The position numbers were made by a program, and so were the translations under genes. DNA of 64,000 nucleotides from positions 15,334 to 79,333 of the forward strand of contig NZ_JAUCDS010000013.1 in assembly GCF_034674885.1 (NCBI RefSeq), written 5' to 3'. This document shows positions 30,523-42,139 of this stretch, piece by piece. The first letter of the stretch is position 1. Every line of letters starts with the position of its first letter. Below the pieces are notes generated by a model, which saw only the letters and a program-made list of their open reading frames with translations, did not search any database and was not told the origin of the DNA. This DNA is from Castellaniella sp. (GTDB lineage Bacteria; Pseudomonadota; Gammaproteobacteria; Burkholderiales; Burkholderiaceae_B).

Positions 30523-32004
30523 ATGGCTTTCAATTTGCCCCGAGCATTGGGTGTAAAGCGAGCGTTTGCGGGCGCTGCCGCCGGCCTGCTGCTGATCTCG
30601 GCAGCACCGATGGGCGCCGCCCAGGCTGAATCCGCTGTATCGGCGACCGCCGCGCTGCCGGATTTCACACAGGTCGTTTCCGAGACCGAAGGTTCCGTCG
30701 TCAATATCCGCACGACCGAGGCCGTGCCGGTGCGCCGCTCGCCCACGGGGCCCGGCGGCGGGGATCCCTCCGATCTGTTCCGCTGGTTCTTCGGACCGGA
30801 TTTCATGCCGCCGGGATACGGGCCGCAGCAGCAACAGCGGCCGCATGCCCAGCCCAATCAGCCCACGCCCAAGGAACGCACCGTGCCGCGTGGCATCGGG
30901 TCGGGCTTCATCCTGTCCAGCGATGGCTATGTCCTGACGAACAACCATGTCGTGGATAATTCCAACGGCATCTTCGTCACCATGACCAACGGCAAGGAAT
31001 ACAAGGCCAAGGTCATCGGCACCGACGCGCGCACGGATATCGCCTTGCTGAAGATCGATGCCACCGGCCTCACGCCCCTGGCGATCGGGGATTCCGACAA
31101 GCTGAAGAAAGGCCAATGGGTGCTGGCCATCGGTTCGCCGTTCGGGCTGGACTCCACCGTGACGGCCGGCATTGTCAGCGCCATCAATCGGGATACCGGC
31201 GATTATCTGCCCTTCATCCAGACCGACGTGGCAGTCAACCCCGGCAACTCGGGCGGCCCGCTGATCAATCTGCAGGGCCAGGTGGTGGGTATCAATTCCC
31301 AGATCATCTCGCGCAGCGGCGGTTTCATGGGGATTTCCCTGGCCATCCCGATCGATGAAGTGATGCGGGTGGTGGACCAGCTCAAGGCGCACGGCAAGGT
31401 CACGCGCGGTCGCATCGGCGTGCAGATCACGGAAGTCCAGGATGACGTCGCCAAGGCCCTGGGGCTGGGCACGTCGCAGGGCGCCCTGGTCAGCAGCGTC
31501 GAAGCCGATGGCCCGGCCGCCAAGGCGGGCGTGCATGCCGGTGACGTGATCACGGCCTTCAATGGCCAGACCATCAAGCACATGACGGATCTGCCGCGCC
31601 TGGTCGGGTCGACCCAGCCTGGCACCGAGGCCACGATCCAGGTCTGGCGCAAGGGCAAGTCGCTGGAACTGAAGACCAAGGTCGCGGAACTGGACCAGAA
31701 GGCAGCCGCCTCGTCCAATCCCGAGGCCCCCGCCAAGGACGGCGCCGATCGCCTGGGCCTGAGCGTCAAGCCCCTGCCGGCGGATTCGGGCCTGGACCAG
31801 GGCGTGGTGGTCAGCCGCTCCGAAGGCGCGGCGGCGGATGTGGGCATCGAGGAAGGCGACATCATCCTGCGGGTGAACAATACCGACATCACCAGCCCGG
31901 CGCAGTACGAAAAGGTCGTCAAAGGCCTGGATAAATCCAATCCGGTGGTGCTGCTGGTCAGCCGGGATCAGCAATCCCAGTGGGTGATCATCAAGCTGCA
32001 ATGA
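30523..32004 (+). CDS. DegP/MucD-family periplasmic serine protease
   Basis: GSGFI, TNNHVV, IQTDVAVNPGNSGGPL, two PDZ domains. Confidence 0.94.
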   Translation: MAFNLPRALGVKRAFAGAAAGLLLISAAPMGAAQAESAVSATAALPDFTQVVSETEGSVVNIRTTEAVPVRRSPTGPGGGDPSDLFRWFFGPDFMPPGYGPQQQQRPHAQPNQPTPKERTVPRGIGSGFILSSDGYVLTNNHVVDNSNGIFVTMTNGKEYKAKVIGTDARTDIALLKIDATGLTPLAIGDSDKLKKGQWVLAIGSPFGLDSTVTAGIVSAINRDTGDYLPFIQTDVAVNPGNSGGPLINLQGQVVGINSQIISRSGGFMGISLAIPIDEVMRVVDQLKAHGKVTRGRIGVQITEVQDDVAKALGLGTSQGALVSSVEADGPAAKAGVHAGDVITAFNGQTIKHMTDLPRLVGSTQPGTEATIQVWRKGKSLELKTKVAELDQKAAASSNPEAPAKDGADRLGLSVKPLPADSGLDQGVVVSRSEGAAADVGIEEGDIILRVNNTDITSPAQYEKVVKGLDKSNPVVLLVSRDQQSQWVIIKLQ

Positions 32005-32053
32005 TCCGCTAGGGATTCCCCGGCGGGAAAAAGCTAAAATACGGCCTGTACCG

Positions 32054-32083
32054 AAGGGGGCGCCTTGCGGCGCCCTCTTTTTT
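32054..32083 (+). terminator. Terminator-like hairpin between degP and lepA
   Basis: AAGGGGGCGCC-ttgc-GGCGCCCTCTT followed by TTTT. Confidence 0.6.
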
Positions 32084-32145
32084 GACGGCATGCCGGTCTG
32101 CCTTCCCCATCCTTTTCCGACTTTCCCGAGTTTCGCACGCAGTCT

Positions 32146-33939
32146 ATGGATCATATTCGCAACTTCTCCATCATCGCGCACATCGATCATGGCAAATCGA
32201 CCTTGGCCGACCGCCTGATCCAGCGCTGCGGCGGTCTCCAGGACCGCGAGATGGCGGCGCAGGTGCTGGATTCCATGGATATCGAGCGCGAGCGCGGCAT
32301 CACCATCAAGGCGCAGACGGCGGCGTTGAGCTACACCGCTGCAGACGGCCGCGTCTATGCCCTGAACCTGATCGACACTCCGGGCCACGTGGACTTTTCC
32401 TACGAGGTCAGCCGATCGCTGTCGGCCTGCGAAGGCGCCCTGCTGGTGGTCGACTCCACCCAGGGGGTCGAGGCCCAGACCGTGGCCAACTGCTATACCG
32501 CCATCGAACTGGGCGTCGAAGTCCTGCCGGTCCTGAACAAGATGGACCTGCCGTCCGCCGATCCGGACGCCGCCGCCGCTGAAATCGAGGACGTCATCGG
32601 CATCGATGCCACCGATGCCATCCAGGCCAGCGCCAAGACCGGCCTGGGCATCGACGAGATCCTGGAAGCCGTCGTGGCGCGGGTGCCGCCGCCCAAGGGC
32701 AATCCCGGCGCCGCCCTGCAGGCCCTGATCATCGACTCCTGGTTCGACAATTACGTGGGTGTGGTGATGCTGGTGCGCATCGTCAACGGCGTGCTGCGTC
32801 CGAAAGACAAGATCCTGCTGATGGCCACCGGCGCCACCCACCTGTGCGAACAGCTGGGGGTGTTCACGCCCAAATCCCAGCCCCGGGACTCCCTGTCGGC
32901 CGGCGAGGTCGGTTTCATCATCGCCGGCATCAAGGAACTCGAGCACGCCAAGGTCGGTGACACCATCACGCTGGCGGGCAAGCCTGCCACCGGTCCGCTG
33001 CCTGGCTTCAAGGAAGTCAAACCCCAGGTGTTCGCCGGCGTCTATCCGGTCGAATCCAGCGAGTACGACCAGTTGCGCGATTCCCTGGAAAAGCTCAAGC
33101 TCAACGACTCGTCCCTGATGTTCGAACCCGAGGTTTCCCAGGCACTGGGCTTTGGTTTTCGCTGCGGCTTCCTGGGCCTGCTGCACATGGATATCGTGCA
33201 GGAACGCCTGGAACGCGAATTCGACATGGACATCATCACCACCGCGCCGTCGGTGGTGTACGAAGTCCTGCATCGCGATGGCACGCTGATGATGGTGGAC
33301 AGCCCGGCCCGCATGCCGGAAGTCGGCAACATCCAGGAAATCCGTGAACCCATCATGACGGTGACGCTGTTCATGCCGCAGGAATACGTGGGTCCGGTGA
33401 TGTCGCTGTGCACGGCCAAACGCGGCGTCCAGCTGAACATGAGCTATCACGGCCGCCAGGTGCACCTCAGCTATGAAATTCCACTGGCGGAAATCGTCCT
33501 GGATTTCTTCGATCGCCTGAAATCCGTGTCGCGTGGCTATGCGTCCATGGATTACGAATTCAAGGAATACCGGATGGCCGATGTGGTGCGCGTCGACCTG
33601 CTGATCAACGGCGACCGGGTCGACGCCCTGTCGATGATCGTGCACCGCGCCAATGCGCGGCACCGGGGCCGGGATGTCGTGACGCGCATGCGTGGCCTGA
33701 TTCCCCGCCAGATGTTCGACATCGCCATCCAGGCGGCCATCGGGGCAGAGGTCGTCGCCCGAGAGAACGTCAAGGCGCTGCGCAAGAACGTACTGGCCAA
33801 ATGCTATGGCGGCGACATCTCGCGTAAGAAAAAACTGCTGGAAAAGCAGAAAGCTGGCAAAAAACGCATGAAGCAGGTCGGGAACGTGGAAATCCCGCAG
33901 GAAGCCTTCCTGGCCGTCCTGCAGGTCGAGGACAAGTAA
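32146..33939 (+). CDS. lepA: Elongation factor 4
   Basis: [47 protein letters not shown]. Confidence 0.98.
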   Translation: MDHIRNFSIIAHIDHGKSTLADRLIQRCGGLQDREMAAQVLDSMDIERERGITIKAQTAALSYTAADGRVYALNLIDTPGHVDFSYEVSRSLSACEGALLVVDSTQGVEAQTVANCYTAIELGVEVLPVLNKMDLPSADPDAAAAEIEDVIGIDATDAIQASAKTGLGIDEILEAVVARVPPPKGNPGAALQALIIDSWFDNYVGVVMLVRIVNGVLRPKDKILLMATGATHLCEQLGVFTPKSQPRDSLSAGEVGFIIAGIKELEHAKVGDTITLAGKPATGPLPGFKEVKPQVFAGVYPVESSEYDQLRDSLEKLKLNDSSLMFEPEVSQALGFGFRCGFLGLLHMDIVQERLEREFDMDIITTAPSVVYEVLHRDGTLMMVDSPARMPEVGNIQEIREPIMTVTLFMPQEYVGPVMSLCTAKRGVQLNMSYHGRQVHLSYEIPLAEIVLDFFDRLKSVSRGYASMDYEFKEYRMADVVRVDLLINGDRVDALSMIVHRANARHRGRDVVTRMRGLIPRQMFDIAIQAAIGAEVVARENVKALRKNVLAKCYGGDISRKKKLLEKQKAGKKRMKQVGNVEIPQEAFLAVLQVEDK

Positions 33940-33948
33940 GGATCGCCG

Positions 33949-34836
33949 ATGAGCTGGGATTTTGCATTGCTGCTGTTTGTCGCCCTGGTCGTGACCGGTC
34001 TGGTCTGGCTGCTCGATCGAGTCCGTTTGCGTGGCCGGCGCCGCGCTCGCGCCGAGGCCGCCGCCCAGGCCTGCCGCAACAATGCCGCCGGCCTGGATCC
34101 GACCGCCCTGCAGGCCGAATGCCAGCAGATCTACGACCGCGCCATCCAGGCGCCCTGGTGGATCGAATACTGTGTCAGTTTCTTTCCGGTGATCCTGTTC
34201 GTGTTCGTGCTGCGGTCCTTTGTGGTCGAGCCATTTCGCATTCCGTCCGGTTCCATGCTGCCGACGCTGGAAAACGGCGATCTGATCCTGGTGAACAAAT
34301 TCCAGTACGGCATTCGCCTGCCGGTCATCGACCGCAAGATCATCGACATCGGCACGCCCAACCGGGGCGATGTGGTGGTGTTCCGCTACCCGGTGGATCC
34401 GTCCGTGGACTACATCAAGCGTGTGGTCGGGGTGCCGGGCGACGTCATCGAATACCGTGACAAGACCTTGTTCATCAATGGCAAACAGGTGCCCCGTGAA
34501 CGCGACGGGGATTATTTCGAGCCTGATCGCGCGGTATACGTGGGCCAGTACCACGAGCAGCTGGGACAGGTTTCGCACCGTATCCTGCTGAACGTCCAGG
34601 CGCCCCAGGATTTCATGCCGATCACGCGGTTCCCGGACTACAAGGCCTGCGCCTATCAGGATGGCGGGGTGCGCTGCACGGTGCCGGCCGGCCATTACTT
34701 CATGATGGGCGACAACCGCGACAACAGTCTGGACAGCCGCTATTGGGGCTTCGTTCCAGACCGCAACATCGTCGGGCGGGCATTTTTCGTCTGGATGAAT
34801 TTCAGTTCGCCCAGCCGGATCGGCGGGTTTCACTGA
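33949..34836 (+). CDS. lepB: Signal peptidase I
   Basis: [39 protein letters not shown]. Confidence 0.96.
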   Translation: MSWDFALLLFVALVVTGLVWLLDRVRLRGRRRARAEAAAQACRNNAAGLDPTALQAECQQIYDRAIQAPWWIEYCVSFFPVILFVFVLRSFVVEPFRIPSGSMLPTLENGDLILVNKFQYGIRLPVIDRKIIDIGTPNRGDVVVFRYPVDPSVDYIKRVVGVPGDVIEYRDKTLFINGKQVPRERDGDYFEPDRAVYVGQYHEQLGQVSHRILLNVQAPQDFMPITRFPDYKACAYQDGGVRCTVPAGHYFMMGDNRDNSLDSRYWGFVPDRNIVGRAFFVWMNFSSPSRIGGFH

Positions 34837-35591
34837 TGGCCGGGCTCGACACGCTGCAGGCGGCGCTGGATTACCGCTATCGGGACCAGGCCCTGCTGGA
34901 GCAGGCCCTGACGCACCGCAGCCATGGCATGCCGCACAACGAACGCCTGGAATTCCTGGGGGATTCGGTGCTGAATTTCGTCGTTTCTGCGCTGCTGTTC
35001 ACCGAGCATGCGGAAATGGACGAGGGCGATCTGTCGCGTGTGCGGGCCAATCTGGTCAAACAATCGGCCCTGGCCGACATTGCGCAGAAACTGTCGCTGT
35101 CCAGCTACCTGCGGCTGGGCGAGGGCGAACTGAAAAGCGGCGGCTTCCGGCGCCCATCCATTCTGGCCGATGCCCTGGAAGCCATTTTCGGCGCCTTGCT
35201 GCTGGACGGTGGCTACGATCAGGTCAGCCGGGTCATCGAACAACTGTACCGCCCCATTCTGGCGCACATCGACGTGCGCACCTTCGGCAAGGACCCCAAA
35301 ACCCTGCTGCAGGAGATCATGCAGGGTCGCGGGCTGGATCTGCCCCACTACGAGGTCGTCTCCACCCGGGGGGCGGCCCATAATCAGACCTTCGACGTGG
35401 TGTGCTCGGTCGCGCAGCTCGACATCCAGGTCCAGGCCTCGGGCAGCAGCCGCCGGGCGGCCGAACAGACTGCCGCTGGGCAGGTCATCGCCGCCGTGCA
35501 GGCATTGGGGCCGGCGCGCCGCCCGGGGCGGCGCCATCGCAAGTCCGCCCAATTATCCTTGCCGGTGGCGGTTTCCCAGGAAAAGACATGA
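34836..35591 (+). CDS. rnc: Ribonuclease III
   Basis: [26 protein letters not shown], dsRBD; ATG 34836. Confidence 0.96.
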   Translation: MAGLDTLQAALDYRYRDQALLEQALTHRSHGMPHNERLEFLGDSVLNFVVSALLFTEHAEMDEGDLSRVRANLVKQSALADIAQKLSLSSYLRLGEGELKSGGFRRPSILADALEAIFGALLLDGGYDQVSRVIEQLYRPILAHIDVRTFGKDPKTLLQEIMQGRGLDLPHYEVVSTRGAAHNQTFDVVCSVAQLDIQVQASGSSRRAAEQTAAGQVIAAVQALGPARRPGRRHRKSAQLSLPVAVSQEKT

Positions 35592-36523
35592 CTGATGATT
35601 CCCTGAAGGCATCCCCCGATGCGGGGGCGGGCGACGAAAAACCCGCCAGCCGCTGCGGCTTCGTTGCCTTGGTGGGGCGACCCAATGTCGGCAAGTCGAC
35701 GCTGGGCAACGCCCTGATCGGCGCCAAACTATCCATCGTCTCACGCAAGGCGCAGACTACCCGCCACCGGATTCACGGGGTGCTGACCCAGGGGGCCGAC
35801 CAGTTCGTCTTCGTCGATACCCCCGGCTTCCAGACCCGCCACGGCGGGGCCATGAACCGCATGATGAACCGGGTCGTCACTCAGGCACTGGCCGAGGTCG
35901 ACGTGGTGGTGCAGGTTGTCGAGGCCGGCAAGTGGTCGGCGGGCGATGCGGCCGTGGTGCCGCTGCTGCCGCGCCAGCGACCGGTGATCCTGGCCGTCAA
36001 CAAGATCGACGCCCTGAAAGACAAGAACGCCTTGTTCGCCTACGTGACGCGCCTGACCCAGGAATTTCCGTATGCGGCGGTGGTGCCCGTCAGCGCCGCC
36101 CGGTCCGTACAGCTGGATGTGCTGGTGCGTGAAATTGCCCAGTATCTGCCCGAAGGCGAACACCTGTTCGAAGCCGACACCTTCACCGATCGCCCGGTCC
36201 GCTTCCTGGCGGCCGAACTGATACGGGAAAAGATTTTCCGCCTGGTGGGCGACGAGCTGCCTTACGGCTGCACCGTCGTGATCGAGCAATGGGAAGAGGA
36301 CGACAGCGGGGTACGCATCGCCGCCTGCGTCGTCATCGAGCGCGACGGCCATCGGCCGATCCTGCTGGGGGCGGGGGGGCAGCACATGAAGCGCATCGCC
36401 ACCGAGGCCCGCCAGGACATGGTGAAACTGCTCGACAAGCCGGTGTTCCTCGATGTCTACGTCAAGACCCGCAAGGGTTGGTCCGGGCGCGAGGCCACCC
36501 TGCGGGAACTGGGATATGACTAG
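35588..36523 (+). CDS. era: GTPase Era
   Basis: [27 protein letters not shown] domain. Confidence 0.96.
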   Translation: MTDDSLKASPDAGAGDEKPASRCGFVALVGRPNVGKSTLGNALIGAKLSIVSRKAQTTRHRIHGVLTQGADQFVFVDTPGFQTRHGGAMNRMMNRVVTQALAEVDVVVQVVEAGKWSAGDAAVVPLLPRQRPVILAVNKIDALKDKNALFAYVTRLTQEFPYAAVVPVSAARSVQLDVLVREIAQYLPEGEHLFEADTFTDRPVRFLAAELIREKIFRLVGDELPYGCTVVIEQWEEDDSGVRIAACVVIERDGHRPILLGAGGQHMKRIATEARQDMVKLLDKPVFLDVYVKTRKGWSGREATLRELGYD

Positions 36524-37106
36524 ACGAGGCTTGCGCATCCAGGATGCGCAAGGCTATGTGCTGCATGCCAGCCCATGGCGCGAAACCTCGCTGATCGTCC
36601 AGTGTTTCACGCGCGACCACGGCTGTGTAGCTGTTGTGGCCAAGGGCGCCAAGCGCCCATATTCCGCACTGCGGCCGGTGCTGGTCGCGTTTCAGCCGTT
36701 GTGGCTGTCATGGTCGGGATCGGCCGAAGTCCATACCCTGGTGCGAGCGGAATCTGGCCCGGTGCGTCTGCTGAATGGCCGGGCCATGATGTCGGCCTGG
36801 TATCTGAACGAACTGATCCTGCGCTTGCTGGCCCGCGAAGATCCGCATCCCGGCGTCTATGACGCCTATGAAACTGCGCTGGAAGCCTTGGCCGATACCC
36901 AGGCCCGTTCTCATGCTGCCGCCTTGCGGCGGTTCGAATGGCTGCTGCTGGAACAGGCCGGCTATGGCGTGGACGAACCCATGCCCGATTTTGCTGATGT
37001 GGTTGCCGAACCGGTCTTGCGCCAGGCTTTGCGGGAGCGGCTGGATCTGCTGCTGGATGCGCCTTTGCGCACGCGCCAGGTATTGATGGACCTGCAGCGT
37101 TACTGA
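36516..37106 (+). CDS. recO: DNA repair protein RecO
   Basis: YVLHASPWRETSLI, VAKGAKRP, YLNEL, LRRFEWLLL; follows era. Confidence 0.9.
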   Translation: MTRRGLRIQDAQGYVLHASPWRETSLIVQCFTRDHGCVAVVAKGAKRPYSALRPVLVAFQPLWLSWSGSAEVHTLVRAESGPVRLLNGRAMMSAWYLNELILRLLAREDPHPGVYDAYETALEALADTQARSHAAALRRFEWLLLEQAGYGVDEPMPDFADVVAEPVLRQALRERLDLLLDAPLRTRQVLMDLQRY

Positions 37107-37107
37107 G

Positions 37108-37998
37108 ATGAAGCAAGGCATCGTCCTGTCGGTCGCTTCCTCGGCCCTGTTCGCGACCATGTATTTCTATGCGACGCTGATGCAGCCGTTCGATGGCGAC
37201 ATCGTGTTCGCGTGGCGCGTTCTGATGGGCCTGCCGATGATGGCCCTGGTCGTCCATCGTGCGCGGGGCTGGGGCGCCCTGCGCGCGACGGCGCAGCGGT
37301 TCACGCGCGGCCGTTTCCTGGCGGCGATGGTGCTGTGCTCGGCCCTGCTGGGGGTTCAGCTCTGGCTGTTCGTCTGGGCGCCTCTGCATGGCTACGCCCT
37401 GGACGTGTCCATGGGATATTTTCTGCTGCCGCTGGTGATGGTGCTGGCCGGCCGGCTGGTCTATCGCGAACGGCTCAGTCGCTGGCAGGCCTGGGCGGTG
37501 GCGTTCGCCTTGCTGGGGGTCGGCCACGAATGGTGGCGGCTGGGCTCGGTATCGTGGGCGACCGCCCTGGTGGCGTTGGGCTATCCGCCGTACTTCATGT
37601 TGCGGCGGCGCCTGCAGGTCGATGCGCTCAGCAGCCTGTGGTTCGACATGCTGTTCCTGTTGCCCGTGGCGGTTTTGGTCCTGCAGTCCCAGGCGGTCGA
37701 GGCCGCCCGGATTTTCGCGGACCACCCGCGTCTACTGCTGCAGGTGCCCCTGCTGGGCCTGCTGAGCGTGGTGTCGCTGTCCATGTACCTGGCAGCCAGC
37801 CGGCTGTTGCCCATGGGGCTGTTCGGCCTGCTCAGCTACGTGGAACCGGTGTTGCTGTTCTGGGTGGCGTTTCTATTGATGGGAGAACCAGTGGCTCCAT
37901 CCCAATGGCTGACCTACGGGCCGATCTGGCTGGCGGTGGGGCTGATCGCAGCCGAGGGAGTTCAGAAATTGAAGGTGCCCCCACGCTGCGCACGCTGA
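37108..37998 (+). CDS. rarD: RarD-family EamA/DMT transporter
   Basis: SMGYFLLPL, YRERLS, GLLSYVEP; the last codons come from a repeat element. Confidence 0.88.
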   Translation: MKQGIVLSVASSALFATMYFYATLMQPFDGDIVFAWRVLMGLPMMALVVHRARGWGALRATAQRFTRGRFLAAMVLCSALLGVQLWLFVWAPLHGYALDVSMGYFLLPLVMVLAGRLVYRERLSRWQAWAVAFALLGVGHEWWRLGSVSWATALVALGYPPYFMLRRRLQVDALSSLWFDMLFLLPVAVLVLQSQAVEAARIFADHPRLLLQVPLLGLLSVVSLSMYLAASRLLPMGLFGLLSYVEPVLLFWVAFLLMGEPVAPSQWLTYGPIWLAVGLIAAEGVQKLKVPPRCAR

Positions 37999-38090
37999 CG
38001 CCTGCTTGCTGCCCCCCAAGGGGGCTCTTTTGCCTTGGGGGCGGCCCAGCGGCAAAAGGCGCCCCCACGCTGCGCAGGCTGACGACTGCT
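37972..38090 (-). repeat. Second member of the small palindromic element family, one full copy plus a partial tandem copy
   Basis: 37977-38047 resembles 4237-4294 (GCCCCC start, CCCCC-xx-GGGGG core, TTGC..TT.GGG.CGGCC end); 35-bp direct repeat at 37972-38006 and 38056-38090 with 3 mismatches. Confidence 0.65.
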
Positions 38091-38097
38091 GGCGGGC

Positions 38098-38124
38098 AAA
38101 AAAATGGCGGCCCGAAGGCCGCCA
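38098..38124 (-). terminator. Intrinsic terminator for yccA
   Basis: TGGCGGCC-cgaa-GGCCGCCA stem with a 7-nt U-run on the minus strand. Confidence 0.8.
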
Positions 38125-38149
38125 GGGTGTTGTGTGGTGCGCGGCTGTA

Positions 38150-38851
38150 TCAGTCGCGGTTGCCGCCCAGGACGCCCAGCAGCATCAGCAGGTTGGCGAA
38201 GATGTTGTACAGGTCCAGGTAGACCGCCAGGGTGGCGCTGATGTAGTTCGTTTCGCCGCCCTGGATGATCCGCTGCAGGTCGATCAGCAGGAAGGCGGAG
38301 AAGATGCCGATGGCCAGCACCGACAGCGTCAGCATCAGGGCGGGCATCTGCAGGAAGATGTTGGCCACCATGGCCACGATCAGCAGGATCACGCCCACGA
38401 ACAGGAATTTCTGCAGATGGGTGAAATCGCGTTTCGTGGTGGTGGCCACCGTGGCCATGGCGCCAAAGACGACCGCCGTGCCGCCGAAGGCCAGCATGAT
38501 CAGCTGGGCGCCGTTGCTCATGCCCAGGACGAAGCTGAGCAGGTTGGACAGCATCAGCCCCATGAAGAACGTGAAGCCCAGCAGCAGGGCCACGCCCAGC
38601 GAGGAATTTTTATTGCGTTCGACCAGGAACATCAGGCCGAAGGCGCCGACCAGGAAGACCAGCGTGCTGGTGCCTGGATTGGCGGCCATGACCTGGCCCA
38701 TGCCGAAGTGCAGGCCGACGGCCGCGCCCAGCACGGTGGGAATCAGGGACAAGGCCAGCAGCCAGTAGGTATTGCGCAACACGCGGTTGCGGACAGTGAC
38801 CGACGCGTCGTAGGCGCCGGCGCGAGGTAGGGTATTGCGGAAGTCGGACAT
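38150..38851 (-). CDS. yccA: Bax inhibitor-1/YccA-family membrane protein
   Basis: VLRNTYWLLA, GGETNYISAT, YLDLYNIF; seven hydrophobic segments. Confidence 0.9.
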   Translation of the reverse strand: MSDFRNTLPRAGAYDASVTVRNRVLRNTYWLLALSLIPTVLGAAVGLHFGMGQVMAANPGTSTLVFLVGAFGLMFLVERNKNSSLGVALLLGFTFFMGLMLSNLLSFVLGMSNGAQLIMLAFGGTAVVFGAMATVATTTKRDFTHLQKFLFVGVILLIVAMVANIFLQMPALMLTLSVLAIGIFSAFLLIDLQRIIQGGETNYISATLAVYLDLYNIFANLLMLLGVLGGNRD

Positions 38852-38961
38852 GGTGGTTTCCTGTCGTGCGTCAGATCAGTCTAACGCTTATAACATAGTG
38901 GATGCAGCAATCTTACATTAAGCTGAACAAAATCGTCCAGACTGTCATGAGTTGGGCCCGT

Positions 38962-39405
38962 TCAGGGTTCCCAAGTTCCCGCCGAGAGCTGATGCCCTCG
39001 CACATCGTGTCCTGCATCCCGGTACTGCGCCCAGCGGCTGCGGGCGGCTTCCCGGTCGGCTTCGTGGCCGGACACGATTTCCAGGATGCGGGTGAAACGC
39101 GCGGCATCCGGCGGGCAGGCCAGGTCCAGGTTCAGCAGCCAGTCGGTGGTCGCCGCCGCCGCCAGGGTGTCGGCATCGGACACCAGGATGACATCGGCCT
39201 GGTCTGCCAGCGGATCGTGCGCATAGGCGTGCGGGATGAAGCTGGCGGGGTCGAAGTCCCAGAGCAGGCCATCGAAGCGCCGCAGGCGTCGAGGGTCGGT
39301 GCAGTAGACCAGCAGCCGCCGGCCCGCCTGTACGTGACGGGCCGTGGTGCGGCAGGCCGCCCGCAGGCGGTGGGGCGCCCCGTAGGCAAAATCAACGCGG
39401 CTCAT
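38962..39405 (-). CDS. holC: DNA polymerase III chi subunit
   Basis: [39 protein letters not shown]; ATGA overlap with pepA. Confidence 0.9.
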   Translation of the reverse strand: MSRVDFAYGAPHRLRAACRTTARHVQAGRRLLVYCTDPRRLRRFDGLLWDFDPASFIPHAYAHDPLADQADVILVSDADTLAAAATTDWLLNLDLACPPDAARFTRILEIVSGHEADREAARSRWAQYRDAGHDVRGHQLSAGTWEP

Positions 39406-40898
39406 GCCCCGCATTGCCCCAGCAGGTACTGGGTCAGCAGGGGCACCGGCCGGCCGGTGGCGCCTTTTTGTTTGCCTTCCAGCCAGGCGGTGCCCGCGAT
39501 GTCCAGGTGTGCCCAGCGGTATTTCCCGGTGAAGCGCGACAGGAAGCAGGCCGCTGTGACGGAACCCGCAGGGCGGCCGCCGATGTTGGCCATGTCGGCG
39601 AAATTCGATTTCAGCAGGTCCTGGTAGGCGTCTTCCAGGGGCATGCGCCAGGCAGGATCCTGGGCCTGGCGGCCCGCTGCCAGCAGTTCGGCGGCCAGCG
39701 TGTCGTCCTGGGTGAACAGACCGCTGTTGACGTGGCCCAGGGCGATGACGCAGGCACCGGTCAGGGTGGCGACGTCGATCACCGCTGCGGGTTTGAAGCG
39801 TTCCGCGTAGGTCAGGGCGTCGCACAGGATCAGGCGGCCTTCGGCATCGGTGTTCAGGACTTCGATGGTCTGTCCCGACAGGCTGGTGATGATGTCCCCG
39901 GGCTTGACGGCTGAACCGCTGGGCAGGTTCTCGCAGCTGGGCACGATGCCGATGATTTCGCGCGGCAGGTCGAGTTCCGCCACGGCACGCATGGTGCCCA
40001 GGACGCTGGCTGCGCCGCACATGTCGAATTTCATTTCGTCCATGCCGGGGCCGGGCTTCAGGGAAATGCCGCCGGCGTCGAAAGTGATGCCCTTGCCGAC
40101 CAGCACGATCGGGGCGGCCTTGCGGTCGGTCGGTTTGCTGGGTGTGTGGCGCAGCACGATGAAGGCGGGCGGTTCGGTCGACCCCCGCGCTACTGACAGG
40201 AAAGAGCCCATTTTCAGGGCTTCGATCTTCTTCTGATCCAGGACTTCGGCCTTCAGGGTCTTGAATTGCTTTGCCAGGCTGCGCGCCGTCTGCCCCAGGT
40301 AGGTGGGGGTGCAGACGTTGGGGGGCAGGTCGCCCAGCAAGCGGGCCAGATTGACGCCCGCGCCGATGGCGGCGCCTTGTTCGAGGCCGATCTTGGCCTG
40401 GGCGGCCTTGGCGCGGGACAAGTGCAGGGTGAAGCTGCGCAGTTTGATGGCCGGCTTGGCCTGGCTGAAGGTCTGGTCGTAGCGGTAGGCTGCGGCGCTG
40501 ACCAGGCGGGCCGCCGCGCGGGCGCAGTCCGTCAGGGGGGCATCCGCGATGGCCAGGGCGCACAGGGTGGATACTGCCGTGCTGACGCCGGCGCGCACGC
40601 AGTAGCCTGCGAACGCCTGGTGCGCCTTGGCCAGGGTGGCGGCCGTCAGGCTGTCCTGGCGGCCAAGGCCGAGTAAAATGACACGGGCCGCCGCGATGCC
40701 GACCGGCGCGTGCAGAGTCAGGCAGCTGCCCGGCGCCGCGTCGAATTCCGACTGGACGACCGCGCGGATCGCACCGCCGGACGCCTGGTCCAGCGCGTCG
40801 GCTGCGGGACTCAGGATGCCATCCTGGAACACGCCGACCGCCAGGGCCTGGGTTTTCAAGGTATGCAGGGTAGTCGTGGTGCTTGTGCTAAATTCCAT
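39402..40898 (-). CDS. pepA: Leucyl aminopeptidase
   Basis: [39 protein letters not shown]; ATG 40898. Confidence 0.96.
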   Translation of the reverse strand: MEFSTSTTTTLHTLKTQALAVGVFQDGILSPAADALDQASGGAIRAVVQSEFDAAPGSCLTLHAPVGIAAARVILLGLGRQDSLTAATLAKAHQAFAGYCVRAGVSTAVSTLCALAIADAPLTDCARAAARLVSAAAYRYDQTFSQAKPAIKLRSFTLHLSRAKAAQAKIGLEQGAAIGAGVNLARLLGDLPPNVCTPTYLGQTARSLAKQFKTLKAEVLDQKKIEALKMGSFLSVARGSTEPPAFIVLRHTPSKPTDRKAAPIVLVGKGITFDAGGISLKPGPGMDEMKFDMCGAASVLGTMRAVAELDLPREIIGIVPSCENLPSGSAVKPGDIITSLSGQTIEVLNTDAEGRLILCDALTYAERFKPAAVIDVATLTGACVIALGHVNSGLFTQDDTLAAELLAAGRQAQDPAWRMPLEDAYQDLLKSNFADMANIGGRPAGSVTAACFLSRFTGKYRWAHLDIAGTAWLEGKQKGATGRPVPLLTQYLLGQCGA

Positions 40899-40998
40899 TC
40901 GTATTTCCTTAGATCCAGCGGCGCGCGGGCGGCAATCAGCCGATTCGCAGGCAATTGCGCCCGTTTGGGATTGACGGCCCATTATTCCGCATTTTCCC

Positions 40999-42126
40999 AT
41001 GTCATTGTTCAAGCGCGCCGTCTTTTCCGAAATCACCAGCCATGCTGGCATCGTGTTTTCCACCTTGCTGGTGGTCTGGCTCAGCGTGCTGATCGTGCGG
41101 CTGCTCGGCCAGGCCGCCAATGGCGATATCGGCGCCAACGTCGTGCTGGGGCTGGCGGCCTTTTCCAGCATCACGGCGCTGCCGGTGATCCTGTCGGTGA
41201 CGCTGTTCGTGGCAGTCCTGACGACCGTCACGCGCAGCTACCGCGAATCGGAAATGCCCGTCTGGTTCGCCAGCGGCCTTTCCCTGACCGACTGGCTGCG
41301 CCCCGTCATGATGTTTGCTCTGCCGGTGGCCGCCGTGGTGGCCGTGCTGACCTTGTCGGCCTCGCCCTGGGCTTACGGACAGATTGCCGAATATCGCCAG
41401 CGCTTCGAGCAGCGCTCCGACCTGTCCAAGGTCACGGCCGGGCAGTTCATCGAAACCGACGACGGGAAGCGCGTGTTCTTCGCGGAATCGCCTTCGCGTC
41501 CCGATGACGAGCTGGGCCGTGTCGTGGCCCGCATCATCGAGCCCGATTGGCTGAGCATCGTCACCGCCGACAGCGCTGCCATCCGCACAGAAGCCAACGG
41601 CGACCGTTTCCTGGTGCTGGGTCCGGGGCATCGCTATGACCTGAAACCGGGCACTCCGGAACTGCGGCTGCTGGATTTCCAGCGCTATGGCGTGCGGATC
41701 GAAAGCCGTACCGACCCCGGGGCCCTGGAAACCGCCCGCCAGAAGGCGTTGCAGGAAATCAAGGCGCGGCCGACGCTGGATCTCGTGGTACGTGGAGACA
41801 ATGAATCCCTGTCCCAGCTGATGTGGCGCCTGGCCTTGCCGCTTTCTGTGCTGAACCTGGCGCTGATCGCCTTGCCGCTGGGCGCGGTGAACCCGCGCCT
41901 GGGGCGTTCTGGCGATCTGCTGCTGGCCGGGCTGCTGGCGCTGCTCTACATGAATCTGATCAATCTGTCGCGCGGCTGGATCGGCAGCGGGGTGCTGTCC
42001 TTCGGGCTGGGAGTCTGGCTGGTCCATGCCCTGTTCCTGGCCTTGGGGCTGGGGATGCTGTGGCGGCGCACCCGCATGCCCAGGCCTCGCCGGCAGGCAG
42101 CTTCAGCAGCGGCCAGGCCCGTATAG
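40999..42126 (+). CDS. lptF: LPS export ABC permease LptF
   Basis: [32 protein letters not shown]; divergent from pepA as usual. Confidence 0.9.
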   Translation: MSLFKRAVFSEITSHAGIVFSTLLVVWLSVLIVRLLGQAANGDIGANVVLGLAAFSSITALPVILSVTLFVAVLTTVTRSYRESEMPVWFASGLSLTDWLRPVMMFALPVAAVVAVLTLSASPWAYGQIAEYRQRFEQRSDLSKVTAGQFIETDDGKRVFFAESPSRPDDELGRVVARIIEPDWLSIVTADSAAIRTEANGDRFLVLGPGHRYDLKPGTPELRLLDFQRYGVRIESRTDPGALETARQKALQEIKARPTLDLVVRGDNESLSQLMWRLALPLSVLNLALIALPLGAVNPRLGRSGDLLLAGLLALLYMNLINLSRGWIGSGVLSFGLGVWLVHALFLALGLGMLWRRTRMPRPRRQAASAAARPV

Positions 42127-42139
42127 GCCGGAATTCGCA

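Noticed and set aside
30496-34833. 1445-aa minus-strand ORF
   Set aside because: Antisense shadow of in-frame degP, lepA and lepB.
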